This document shows positions 30,331 to 39,466 of a DNA stretch of 64,000 bases, piece by piece (position 1 is the stretch's first letter; every line of letters starts with the position of its first letter). The stretch is taken from the sequence record DRR378314_166; one strand, written 5' to 3'. A program made the position numbers and the translations under genes. The notes beneath the pieces were generated by a model, which was given only the letters and a program-made list of their open reading frames with translations, was not told the DNA's origin and ran no database searches.

Positions 30331-31782
30331 ATGCTGTTTAATTTGGATCGTCAGTCCAGCACAAGTCTTCAGGAGCAGCTTAGAACCGGCATTGTCTCTT
30401 CCATTGTGGGCGGACAGCTAAGGCCTGGTGCGCTCATGCCATCCACCCGGGCGATGGCAAAAAAGCACCAGATTTCCAGAACAACAGTTGTTTTAGTCTA
30501 TGAAAAACTGGCTGAGGATGGCTTTGTCATTTCTGCGGACCGTTCGGGATTTCGGGTTAATCCGGACCTTCCGACCGGTAAGAGCGCAGATAACAGCGCG
30601 GGGCCATTAAAGGCGGATGAAGCTGTCAGTTGGGCGCATCGGCTTCATTTAAAGCCAACCGAGCAGCGCAATATTACCAAACCTGCAAATTGGCAGTCTT
30701 ATCGCTATCCATTTGTTTATGGCCAACCTGATCCTGCGCTTTTTCCACTGGCGCAATGGCGGGAATGTTCCCGTCAGGCCATGAGCGAACTTTCCATGCG
30801 TAACTGGTCCAGTGATGCGATTTCAGAAGATGATCCGCAACTGGTTCATGAGATTAAAACCAAACTGTTACCCAAACGCGGTATTTATGCACACGACAAC
30901 GAAATTCTGATCACCGCGGGCGCACAAAACGGGCTTTACCTGATTTCAGCGTTACTGATGGCAGCTGGTGTCAAGGTGGCGATTGAGGAGCCTGGATATC
31001 CCGACGCACGGAATATCTTTCAGATCAATGGGGGCCAGTTGCTGCCAATGTCACTGGATGATGAAGGCGCCGAAATTTCGGATGCTGCAAGGGTGGCTGA
31101 ATATATTTTTCTGACCCCGTCACACCATTCACCGACCACAGTAAGCATGAGTATGGCGCGCCGTCAGGCCTTTATGGCACTAGCGTCTGAAAACGACAAA
31201 ATCCTTATTGAGGATGACTTTGAATGTGAAATGAATTATCTGGGCGAAGAGGTTTCTGCCCTCAAGGCTGAGGATACGGATGGTCGGGTTATCTATCTTG
31301 GCAGTTTGTCCAAATCCATGTTTCCCGGATTACGACTGGGCTATGTGGTTGCCAATGCCACGTTGATTTCAGAGATGCGGGCGCTGCGCCGTTTGATGAT
31401 GCGCCATGTGCCCAGTAATAATCAACGGACCACATCACTGTTTCTCGCTATGGGTTTTCATGACTCTTATGTTCGCAAGCTCAACCGGGTCTATGCGCAA
31501 AGAGCCAAAGTCATGACCCGAAGTCTAGAAGCGCATCTTCCGTTAATGAGTGAACGCCCCACATTCGGCGGAACAAGTTACTGGCTGGATGGGGGGGAAG
31601 GCTTTAACGCGCCTGCACTCGCCAGCGCTGCGCTACAAGAGAGTGTTGTCATTGAGCCTGGGATGAACCATTTTTTCCATCCCGAGGGAAATGAGAGATA
31701 TTTTCGACTGGGCTTTTCATCTATTTCAGAAAATCGGATTGACGACGGTATTCGGATCTTGGCCTCTTTGTTGAAAAAATGA
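30331..31782 (+). CDS. MocR-family regulator, TauR-like
   Basis: wHTH (MPSTR..A....ISR.TV..VY) plus PLP domain with YPFVYGQPD..LFP...WR.C.R.A, EILIT.GAQN and SLSK.MFPGLRLG, as in TauR/GabR proteins. Confidence 0.8.
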   Translation: MLFNLDRQSSTSLQEQLRTGIVSSIVGGQLRPGALMPSTRAMAKKHQISRTTVVLVYEKLAEDGFVISADRSGFRVNPDLPTGKSADNSAGPLKADEAVSWAHRLHLKPTEQRNITKPANWQSYRYPFVYGQPDPALFPLAQWRECSRQAMSELSMRNWSSDAISEDDPQLVHEIKTKLLPKRGIYAHDNEILITAGAQNGLYLISALLMAAGVKVAIEEPGYPDARNIFQINGGQLLPMSLDDEGAEISDAARVAEYIFLTPSHHSPTTVSMSMARRQAFMALASENDKILIEDDFECEMNYLGEEVSALKAEDTDGRVIYLGSLSKSMFPGLRLGYVVANATLISEMRALRRLMMRHVPSNNQRTTSLFLAMGFHDSYVRKLNRVYAQRAKVMTRSLEAHLPLMSERPTFGGTSYWLDGGEGFNAPALASAALQESVVIEPGMNHFFHPEGNERYFRLGFSSISENRIDDGIRILASLLKK

Positions 31783-31787
31783 GTATT

Positions 31788-31820
31788 CTGGTATAAACCA
31801 ATTTGCATAACTGGACCTAA
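31788..31820 (+). promoter_or_regulatory. TauR-type direct repeat upstream of the TauD gene
   Basis: CTGGTATAAA-N13-CTGGACCTAA. The second copy matches the CTGGAC[T/C]TAA repeat I recall for Rhodobacter TauR. Confidence 0.65.
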
Positions 31821-31915
31821 CGAAGCTCGGCCTTCTCATCTACCTATTAAAGACAGTTTAATTCCGGGAATGGTTCGTCGGAAAAAACAAGAATATTTAA
31901 TCAGCGAGGTTTGCA

Positions 31916-32770
31916 ATGGGATATACAACAATTGAAGTGGAGCCACTGGCAAGCGCACTGGGTGCCTATGTTCATGGTGTTGATTTTTCCGCTCCGCTTT
32001 CCGATGAACAGTTTCAGGATGTGCATAACGCGTTGGTGGATAATTCTGTTATCTTCTTTCGCAATCAGGAATTGTCGGCTGAAAATCAGCTGGATGTTGC
32101 ACGTCGCTTTGGAACACCTGAGGTTCATCCCATTGTTCAAGGATCCAACAAGCACCCGGAACTTATCGAAGTTTTGAAGCCAGCCGGCGAAGGGGCTTCC
32201 TTCGGAACGGGATGGCATACGGATAATACTTTCTTTGAAAAACCCAGCATGATGACAATGCTTTATGGCATTGAAACGCCCCCTGTGGGCGGTGACACCA
32301 TGTGGGCAAGCATGGAAAAAGCCTATGATCATCTGTCTGACGGAATGAAAGAGCTGTTGGATGGTCTGATTGCTGTTCATTCGGCGAAAGTGGCTTTTGA
32401 TCCTCGGACAACTGCTGAAAAATACGAAGGCAAGCATTCTCTCAAATACAAGTATTCTGAGGCCGTTGAGGAAGAGGTGGAGCATCCGCTTATTCGCACA
32501 CATGATGTGTCAGGCCGGAAATCCATTTTTGTGAACCCTATGTTCACTATCCGGATCAAGGGTATGACTGAAGCTGAAAGTGCGCCAATCCTGAAATATC
32601 TGTATGAGTTTTCCACGCAGCCAGAATTTGCCTGCCGGTTTCGGTGGGAAGATAAATCCATTGCCATGTGGGATAATCGGTGTACGCAACATTATGCGAT
32701 GAATGATTATGTTCAGTATAAACGCCTGATGCGCCGGGTTACAGTCGGCGGCGATGTCCGTCCAAGCTAA
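31916..32770 (+). CDS. TauD/TfdA Fe(II)/2-oxoglutarate dioxygenase
   Basis: WHTD facial triad, GGDT.W.SM..AY..LS, HPLIRTH...GRK.IFVN and WDNR.TQH.A..DY motifs. Confidence 0.9.
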   Translation: MGYTTIEVEPLASALGAYVHGVDFSAPLSDEQFQDVHNALVDNSVIFFRNQELSAENQLDVARRFGTPEVHPIVQGSNKHPELIEVLKPAGEGASFGTGWHTDNTFFEKPSMMTMLYGIETPPVGGDTMWASMEKAYDHLSDGMKELLDGLIAVHSAKVAFDPRTTAEKYEGKHSLKYKYSEAVEEEVEHPLIRTHDVSGRKSIFVNPMFTIRIKGMTEAESAPILKYLYEFSTQPEFACRFRWEDKSIAMWDNRCTQHYAMNDYVQYKRLMRRVTVGGDVRPS

Positions 32771-32810
32771 TCTGGTTTGATTTGCGTATGTGTTTTTCAG
32801 GAGTTTGGAC

Positions 32811-33671
32811 ATGAGAAGCCGGAAAATAAAAATCTTGGTGCTGGATGGATATCCAGCAGATCACCGGGAAGAGTTAGCGGCCCATCAGGGGACGCTGGCA
32901 GGTGAACTTTACGCATCCCGGCTCATAGACTGTGAACCGGAATGCGAAACGCATGTTCTCTACCCCTCGGATCTGAATTGTGAGCTTCCCGCAGGTCAGG
33001 CATTGGAAGGGTATGACGGGATCGTTTGGACCGGATCCAGTCTGACCATCCATGATCAATCTGATGAGCGTGTTCGTCGTCAGATCCGTTTTACCCAGGC
33101 AGCCTATGAAGCGAATGTACCCATGTTCGGAAGTTGCTGGGCGGCCCAGATGGCCGTTGTTGCCGCTGGTGGGCATTGTGCGGTGAACCCCAATGGCCGT
33201 GAATTTGGGATTGCCCGTAAAATTGAGCTGACACCGGCTGGACGTGGACACCCCATGTATGCGGGCAAGACAACTGTCTTTGATGGCTTTACCAGTCATC
33301 AGGACGAAATTACGCATGTGCCAAGCGGTGCGGTTATTCTGGCCAGAAATGCGTTTACCAATATTCAGGCTGTAGATGTAACTTATAAGGGCGGCAGTTT
33401 CTGGGCGGTGCAGTATCATCCGGAGTATGATCTGCATGAAGTCGCCAGCCTGTGTCGATGGCGTAAACAGGGCCTGACCGAGCAGGGGAATTTTGCTTCA
33501 GTTGCGGACGCGGAAACCTTTATTGACCGATGGCAGGCCCTGCATGCGGAACCATCCCGGTCAGATCTGCGCTGGCAGTTGAGTATTGATGACGATGTTT
33601 TAAATACAGATATTCGGTATCTGGAAATTCGCAACTGGCTGGACGCCAAGGTATTCCCCAGGCTTTGCTAA
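32811..33671 (+). CDS. class I glutamine amidotransferase-like hydrolase (candidate gamma-glutamyl-amide hydrolase)
   Basis: YDG.VWTGS, nucleophile GSCWAAQ, H.DE and QYHPE triad motifs. Start probably ATG 32811. Confidence 0.83.
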   Translation: MRSRKIKILVLDGYPADHREELAAHQGTLAGELYASRLIDCEPECETHVLYPSDLNCELPAGQALEGYDGIVWTGSSLTIHDQSDERVRRQIRFTQAAYEANVPMFGSCWAAQMAVVAAGGHCAVNPNGREFGIARKIELTPAGRGHPMYAGKTTVFDGFTSHQDEITHVPSGAVILARNAFTNIQAVDVTYKGGSFWAVQYHPEYDLHEVASLCRWRKQGLTEQGNFASVADAETFIDRWQALHAEPSRSDLRWQLSIDDDVLNTDIRYLEIRNWLDAKVFPRLC

Positions 33672-33684
33672 AGGCAATGCTGCT

Positions 33685-34443
33685 CTAGCCGGCAATCAGA
33701 AACTTTGTCGGGCCCAATTGGTCCAGTAATTCCTTGGGCGGTGTTTGATCTGAAATCAAGATATCTACATCGCCCAGATTTGCGACCTTGACTGTTCCGG
33801 GCCGATTGAATTTCGTATGATCCGCAACGACGATTATTTGGTCTGCTTGGGGCAGGATCGCTCGCTTAAATTCGGCTTCTGCCAGGTCAAAATCCAGATA
33901 TCCTTGTTTAGCCTGAACGGATCCAATGGATATGATTGCTTTTTGAACGGTAAATTGCTTGGCGAATTCTACAGCCGTTGGGCCGTAGGCAGCACTGTCA
34001 TCAGAGCGGATTTCACCGCCCGCCATAAATACCCGGTTATTGTTTCGCGAACATAGTTCTCTTGCAACCTCGGTGGAGTTGGTGACGATGGTCAAGTTGC
34101 GATAGCCGATCAGTTCTTTGGCGACATAGCAGGACGTGCTGCCATTATCGATCAAAATAGTATCTCCATCCTTGATCAGGCGGGCAGCCCGTCTAGCGAT
34201 CTGTTGTTTTTCCTCACGCTGTTCCTGCAGTCGGCTCATGAACGGCGGTTCGTGGGAATTATGCGGCAGCATGACGCCACCATGAATTTTTTCAACGGTT
34301 CCGGTGGCCGCTAATTGGCGAATGTCCCGGCGGATCGTTTCGTCTGACACATCTAACTCTTCGGCCAGCTCGATCACGCTGCAAGACTTGCGGGCTTGCA
34401 GGAATTTCATGATTTCCAATTGGCGTTTCGACTGCTTGATCAT
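33685..34443 (-). CDS. DeoR/GlpR family regulator
   Basis: ELA..L.VS.ETIRRD, HGG, EK..IA..AA, D.GST, VTNS and AD..KF motifs. Divergent from the ALDH-ADH genes. Confidence 0.92.
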   Translation of the reverse strand: MIKQSKRQLEIMKFLQARKSCSVIELAEELDVSDETIRRDIRQLAATGTVEKIHGGVMLPHNSHEPPFMSRLQEQREEKQQIARRAARLIKDGDTILIDNGSTSCYVAKELIGYRNLTIVTNSTEVARELCSRNNNRVFMAGGEIRSDDSAAYGPTAVEFAKQFTVQKAIISIGSVQAKQGYLDFDLAEAEFKRAILPQADQIIVVADHTKFNRPGTVKVANLGDVDILISDQTPPKELLDQLGPTKFLIAG

Positions 34444-34704
34444 TGAAAAACAACTCATCTTGTTAGGGCGACTGATATCAATCTAACATGGGATGAGAGA
34501 ATTGGAAGGATGAATGTGGAATTCCAAAATTTTTAATTCATATTTGTTGAATAACTGATGATTATTGTTGTGTTTCAGGCCTTCCTTATGGAGGTCGTTG
34601 AAAAAATGGTTGAGATACACCTTTTAAAATGAGTAAATACCGCCAGTAAATAGAGTGATCCGAGCTCTAACTTTTTTCTTATTGTGAACGGATGGATTAA
34701 GCGC

Positions 34705-36096
34705 ATGTCTGAGAGTTTGAAATGTTATACGCCGGTTGACGGAAGTCTGTATGTCGAGAGGCCATATATGTCTTCTGATGTGATCCCGGAACTGCTTGCG
34801 AAAGCCCAGGCCGCCCAAAAAGCGTGGCGTGAAAAATCCGTTGAAGAACGGGCTGCGATTCTAACCAAATGCGTTGATACGTTCGTTACCAAGAAAGACA
34901 AAATCGGTGAGGAGCTGGCCTGGCAGATGGGGCGTCCAATTCGTTTTGGTGCAGGTGAAGTCGGCGGCTTTGAAGAGCGCGCACGCTATATGATTGATGT
35001 CGCGGCAACAGCGCTTGCACCTTTGGAGCTGGAAGAGAAGGAAAACTTCACCCGGTATATCAAACGTGAACCCCTTGGTGTTGTCTTTACAATTGCGCCC
35101 TGGAATTTTCCTTACATGACGGCTGTTAATTCCATCGTTCCGGCCTTGATGGCGGGAAATGCGGTCATTCTCAAGCATGCGACACAAACCCATCTTTGTG
35201 GGGAGACGATGCGCGATGCCTTTGTTGAAGCGGGCCTTCCGGCAGATTTGTTTCAATTGGTTGTGGCGACCCATGGGTTCGCAGCCGATTTGATTAAATC
35301 CGGTGGCGTCAATTTTGTCGCCTTCACCGGCTCAGTTCCTGGTGGTGAGGCGATGGAAGCTTCCGCCTCTGGCCAGTTTATTGGTGTTGGTCTGGAGCTT
35401 GGTGGCAAAGATCCGGCATATGTCCGGGCGGATATAGATCCTGCTTTTGCAGCTGAAAACCTTGTCGACGGGGCGATGTTCAATTCAGGACAATCCTGCT
35501 GTGGGATTGAACGGATCTATGTGCATGAAGATGTGTATGATGATTTTGTGGCCGCCGTTGTGAATTCAGTCAACGCATATAAGCTGGGATCACCCCTGGA
35601 TCCAGACACAACATTGGGGCCGTGCGTCAATGCCAAGGCCGCTGATTTTGTTCGGGGTCAGGTTAAGGATGCGGTTGCCGCGGGCGCCAAGGCGTTGATC
35701 GATCCCTCTTCGTTCCCGGCAGATAAAGAGGGTTCAGCCTATCTGGCGCCGCAGGTGGTTGTTGATGTCGATCATAGTATGCGGATCATGACAGAAGAGA
35801 GCTTTGGTCCGGTTGTCGGGATCATGAAGGTTTCTTCTGATGCACAAGCTATTCAGTTGATGAATGACAGTGAATTTGGCCTGACAGCCTCTATCTGGAC
35901 CCTGGATGCGGATAAGGCCGTTGAAATTGGTGATCAAATTGAAACGGGAACCTGGTATATGAACCGCTGTGATTATCTGGATCCAGCACTTGCCTGGACG
36001 GGCGTTAAGAATTCAGGTCGTGGCTGTACGTTGTCCAGTGTTGGCTATGAAAGCCTGACACGTCCGAAATCCTATCATCTGCGCCACACTATCTAA
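34705..36096 (+). CDS. aldehyde dehydrogenase (candidate gamma-glutamyl-aminoacetaldehyde dehydrogenase)
   Basis: PWNFP, FTGS, LELGGKD, NSGQSCC, EESFGP and LAWTGVKNSG motifs. Start ATG 34705. Confidence 0.9.
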   Translation: MSESLKCYTPVDGSLYVERPYMSSDVIPELLAKAQAAQKAWREKSVEERAAILTKCVDTFVTKKDKIGEELAWQMGRPIRFGAGEVGGFEERARYMIDVAATALAPLELEEKENFTRYIKREPLGVVFTIAPWNFPYMTAVNSIVPALMAGNAVILKHATQTHLCGETMRDAFVEAGLPADLFQLVVATHGFAADLIKSGGVNFVAFTGSVPGGEAMEASASGQFIGVGLELGGKDPAYVRADIDPAFAAENLVDGAMFNSGQSCCGIERIYVHEDVYDDFVAAVVNSVNAYKLGSPLDPDTTLGPCVNAKAADFVRGQVKDAVAAGAKALIDPSSFPADKEGSAYLAPQVVVDVDHSMRIMTEESFGPVVGIMKVSSDAQAIQLMNDSEFGLTASIWTLDADKAVEIGDQIETGTWYMNRCDYLDPALAWTGVKNSGRGCTLSSVGYESLTRPKSYHLRHTI

Positions 36097-36110
36097 GGGT
36101 TTGAAGTATT

Positions 36111-37289
36111 ATGTCTGAGACGATTGAACAATTGACCGGGAACTGGAACTACCCAACTGCAGTTCGGTTTGGTGTTGGCCGCGCGACCGAAATTGGGGCG
36201 GCCTGTAAAGAATTGGGGATGGCAAATCCATTGCTGATAACGGATCCGGGGCTTGCCTCCTTGCCAATGGTGCAGGAAGCTGTCGCGTGTTGCAAAGAAG
36301 CCGGGCTTGACTGCGCGGTTTTTAGCGAGGTGAAACCAAACCCGGTTGGCGAAAATGTTGAAGCCGGGGTCAAGATCTACCATGAGGGCGGTCATGATGG
36401 GGTCATCGCTTTTGGAGGTGGTTCTGGACTGGACGCTGCAAAAGCCGTCGCCCTGATGGTCGGACAAGAGGGATCGGTTTTTGATTTTGAAGATGTTGGG
36501 GATAACTGGACACGGGTGAAGCCAGAAGGCGTCGCCCCTATTGTGGCAGTTCCCACAACGTCCGGAACAGGATCAGAGGTTGGCCGGGCGTCGGTTATCA
36601 CGGATATGGCTAATCATGTGAAAAAGATTATTTTTCACCCGAAAATGGTGCCGGAAATTGTGATCGCGGATCCCGGGCTGACTGTCGGCTTGCCGCCGCA
36701 TATTACGGCGGCAACCGGAATGGATGCCTTATCCCATAATCTGGAAGCTTATTGCTCTCCTTTTTATCACCCGATGGCAGAAGGTATTGCCATTGAAGGG
36801 ATTCGCTTGGTCAAAGAATATCTGCCCGCCGCAACCAAAGACGGAACCGATCTGATCGCCCGTAGTCAGATGATGTCGGCATCGACCATGGGAGCAACCG
36901 CGTTTCAACGGGGCCTTGGCGGTATGCATGCGCTGGCCCATCCATTGGGTGCACTCTATGATGCACATCATGGCATGTTGAATGCGATTTTGATGCCTTA
37001 TGTGCTGGTTCGCAACAAGGACGCAATCTCAGACCGTCTGGGGCGTTTGGCAGCCTATCTGGGACTACCAGATGCCAGTTTCTACGGGTTCCTGGGATGG
37101 ATACTGGAGCTGCGAAACGAACTGGGTATTCCCCACGATCTGAGTGCTTTAAGCATCACGGATGAAAAGGCTGAACTTGTCGGTAAAATGGCAGTTGAAG
37201 ATCCTTCATCCGGCGGTAATCCTATTCAGCTAACGGCAGCAGAATATTCTGAAATCTTCTTGAATGCGGTTAAAGGGAACCTGGATTAG
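36111..37289 (+). CDS. iron-containing alcohol dehydrogenase
   Basis: NWNYPT...FG.G, GGGS.LD.AK, PTT.GTGSE, GMDALSH and H..AH...HHG iron-ligand motifs. Confidence 0.92.
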   Translation: MSETIEQLTGNWNYPTAVRFGVGRATEIGAACKELGMANPLLITDPGLASLPMVQEAVACCKEAGLDCAVFSEVKPNPVGENVEAGVKIYHEGGHDGVIAFGGGSGLDAAKAVALMVGQEGSVFDFEDVGDNWTRVKPEGVAPIVAVPTTSGTGSEVGRASVITDMANHVKKIIFHPKMVPEIVIADPGLTVGLPPHITAATGMDALSHNLEAYCSPFYHPMAEGIAIEGIRLVKEYLPAATKDGTDLIARSQMMSASTMGATAFQRGLGGMHALAHPLGALYDAHHGMLNAILMPYVLVRNKDAISDRLGRLAAYLGLPDASFYGFLGWILELRNELGIPHDLSALSITDEKAELVGKMAVEDPSSGGNPIQLTAAEYSEIFLNAVKGNLD

Positions 37290-37319
37290 GGCCCGGATTT
37301 TGTAGAAGACACATAGCAT

Positions 37320-37348
37320 AAAGGGGCCGGTATTCACTGGCCCCTTTT
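37320..37348. terminator. bidirectional rho-independent terminator
   Basis: AAAGGGGCCGG-tattca-CTGGCCCCTTTT between the convergent ADH and DMT genes. Confidence 0.8.
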
Positions 37349-37349
37349 G

Positions 37350-38216
37350 TTATGGGCTAAAGACAATAACAACGATAATGCCGACGCTGAGGATAAGGGA
37401 GGCAATAAGTCGTCTGGCAATAGCACCCTCATTTAAAAAATACCCACCGATAATGACAGAAAGAGGGATGGATGCTTGCCGAACCGTAGTGACGGCCGCG
37501 ACATCACCGCCCTGTTCATAAGCCATCAAAATCAGCAGGTAGGAGCCATATAGGCAGAAAACCAATTTCAGATGCAGGACCGGTGCCTTCATGAGGCGGA
37601 TCATCCCGAAATAGGGCGGTAGTGAATATCCATTCAGCCGATAAACAACAGCCAGAAACGGCCATACCAGGATCTGTACCCAGAAAAAAAGGACTGCGGG
37701 TTCAATTTCTGTCATCAGCTGCGCATCGGAAAGTGAATAGATCCCCGTCCCGCACATGGCCAGAACGGCGAGTATAAAAATACGCCAATCAGCAAATAAA
37801 TTGACCCCGCGCCGGTAGAGCAGAAGAACAGCCCCCATCAACACAAGGAAAATACCACCCAGCACCTCCCAATCATAAACTTTACCCAGAACAAAAAAGC
37901 TAAAGGCAACAATGAAGATTGGGGACGCCCGGATTATCGGGTAATAGGCAGATAGATCACCGCGTTTTAATGTTGCCACCAAAGAGAGACTATAAAGAAG
38001 CTGCCCGGCCACCGAAATACCGACGAAGAAAAATTGCTGGGTCGTCAGATAGAAATTGGCACCAGTTACGAGACCATGAGCCAGCCCGACAAGTGCCACG
38101 AGCAGGGAAAGCGTTAGAAAGGCTGCTTCTGGTTCAGGATCTTTTTTGATCAAGAGATTCCATAGTGGATGTAAACCAGCAGACAGAAGAACGAGGAGGG
38201 CAATGGTGAGTGACAA
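37350..38216 (-). CDS. DMT/EamA transporter, phosphonate-utilisation-associated type
   Basis: About 10 TM segments; SA.LH..WN.L.K, GDLS..YPI.R and RQ.SI motifs. Directly downstream of the AEP LysR, as in known AEP loci. Confidence 0.8.
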   Translation of the reverse strand: MSLTIALLVLLSAGLHPLWNLLIKKDPEPEAAFLTLSLLVALVGLAHGLVTGANFYLTTQQFFFVGISVAGQLLYSLSLVATLKRGDLSAYYPIIRASPIFIVAFSFFVLGKVYDWEVLGGIFLVLMGAVLLLYRRGVNLFADWRIFILAVLAMCGTGIYSLSDAQLMTEIEPAVLFFWVQILVWPFLAVVYRLNGYSLPPYFGMIRLMKAPVLHLKLVFCLYGSYLLILMAYEQGGDVAAVTTVRQASIPLSVIIGGYFLNEGAIARRLIASLILSVGIIVVIVFSP

Positions 38217-38253
38217 ATGAAGCTCTTTAAATGAGAAAGGAAAGAAGTGAGGG

Positions 38254-39111
38254 TTAGCTGCTGTGAATATTAAAGAAGGCAGTTATGGTCTTCAGAGGTT
38301 TCTTGTCTTTCAGGCAGACCAAAGATTCTGTCATGGTTGCTTTGCAGTCTTTTAATTTTAACGCTTTCAGGCGACTGTCATATCCAAATTCAGGTTCACT
38401 GACGATGCTCACGCCGATTTCTGCGGCGACAGCTTCGCGAGCGGCTTCACGGCCTTGCACCTCCATCACGATATTTATGGGAAGGCCTGCATTTGTGAAT
38501 TCTTCTTCGGTATGATTGCGGGTCCGAGAGCCCGGCTCACGCATAATGAGGGGATATTCTGACAATTCTTTGAGCGTGATGGCGTCAGTTTGGGCCAACG
38601 GGTGCGTGTTGGAGACAAAGGCGACGAGAGGATCCTGGCAAAGAGTAATCGCATGAAATCTTGGATCGTCCGGCATGTCAGCGACAATGCCGATATCGTA
38701 GGAAAAGTCCAGAAGCCCGGCAATAATTTGATCCGCATTTCCCATCCGCAAACTGACAGAGATACCATCATAGGCTTTTTTAAACTTACCGATGAGTGGA
38801 ATGATGTGCAGGGGCGTATCGGCGGCAATATTGATATGACCCTGCTCCAGGCTTTGATGGGCGCTTAGCAGGTCAATTGCCTGAGTTTCCAGCTGAAAGG
38901 ACTTCTGCGTGATCTCCAATAACTGTTTGCCAAGAGGGGTTAACAGAACAGTGCGCTTATGTCGATGAAATAACAGGACATTAAAGCGCTCTTCCAGCTT
39001 TTTAACCTGATCCGATAATGCGGGTTGAGTGAGCCCTAAATGTGCAGCTGCTTTGGAGAAGCCACCTTGTGTGGCAACAGCATGAAAGGCTCTGAATTGA
39101 GAATAATACAT
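38254..39111 (-). CDS. LysR regulator associated with aminoethylphosphonate catabolism
   Basis: Q.RAFHAVA..G.FS.AA..LGLTQPA.SDQV.KLE, RE.GS.TR and REA.REAVA motifs. Divergent from the AEP ABC transporter. Confidence 0.88.
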   Translation of the reverse strand: MYYSQFRAFHAVATQGGFSKAAAHLGLTQPALSDQVKKLEERFNVLLFHRHKRTVLLTPLGKQLLEITQKSFQLETQAIDLLSAHQSLEQGHINIAADTPLHIIPLIGKFKKAYDGISVSLRMGNADQIIAGLLDFSYDIGIVADMPDDPRFHAITLCQDPLVAFVSNTHPLAQTDAITLKELSEYPLIMREPGSRTRNHTEEEFTNAGLPINIVMEVQGREAAREAVAAEIGVSIVSEPEFGYDSRLKALKLKDCKATMTESLVCLKDKKPLKTITAFFNIHSS

Positions 39112-39332
39112 ACCCTGAACTTATATATAACATAATATAAAAAACTTGGAATTATACTATTTCTTGAGTTACCATTTGGGTCAAGCATTATTCCAGTGAT
39201 CCTTATTATATGCTGATAATTGTGAACTATTTTCGCAATGATGTGGATTTTATGCAGATTTTTGGTAAAATGCTTTTTCAACTCCAAAAAATCCCAAAAA
39301 ATTAAACGGATTTGGAGTCGAAAATTGGGAGG

Positions 39333-39350
39333 CCGTCATAAAACTATAAC
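39333..39350 (+). promoter_or_regulatory. candidate Pho box
   Basis: CCGTCAT-AAAA-CTATAAC against the consensus CTGTCAT-AWAW-CTGTCAC, about 115 bp upstream of the binding-protein gene. Another TTGTCATAAAA half-site lies at 39391. Confidence 0.55.
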
Positions 39351-39466
39351 AGTTTGCGGACATGAATGGAGCGTTAAGCAACAAAGCTCGTTGTCATAAA
39401 ATGCAACACACAGCTTGTTTATGTTTGGATGATTTAAATGTGCCAATTAATTAAGGGGATGCACGC

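Noticed and set aside
31916-32770. TauD protein as a PhnY*-like AEP hydroxylase feeding PbfA
   Set aside because: PhnY* belongs to the PhyH family. This gene sits behind a TauR-type repeat about 10 kb from pbfA, and no phnZ is present. It is chemically conceivable but unsupported.
34705-36096. ALDH as phosphonoacetaldehyde dehydrogenase PhnY
   Set aside because: It is paired with the Fe-ADH under DeoR, is separated from the AEP genes by a terminator, and resembles ALDHs of glutamylation clusters. No phnA partner is present.
39036-39287. 83-aa ORF in the LysR-ABC spacer
   Set aside because: It is AT-rich, overlaps the LysR start and putative operators, and has no motif.
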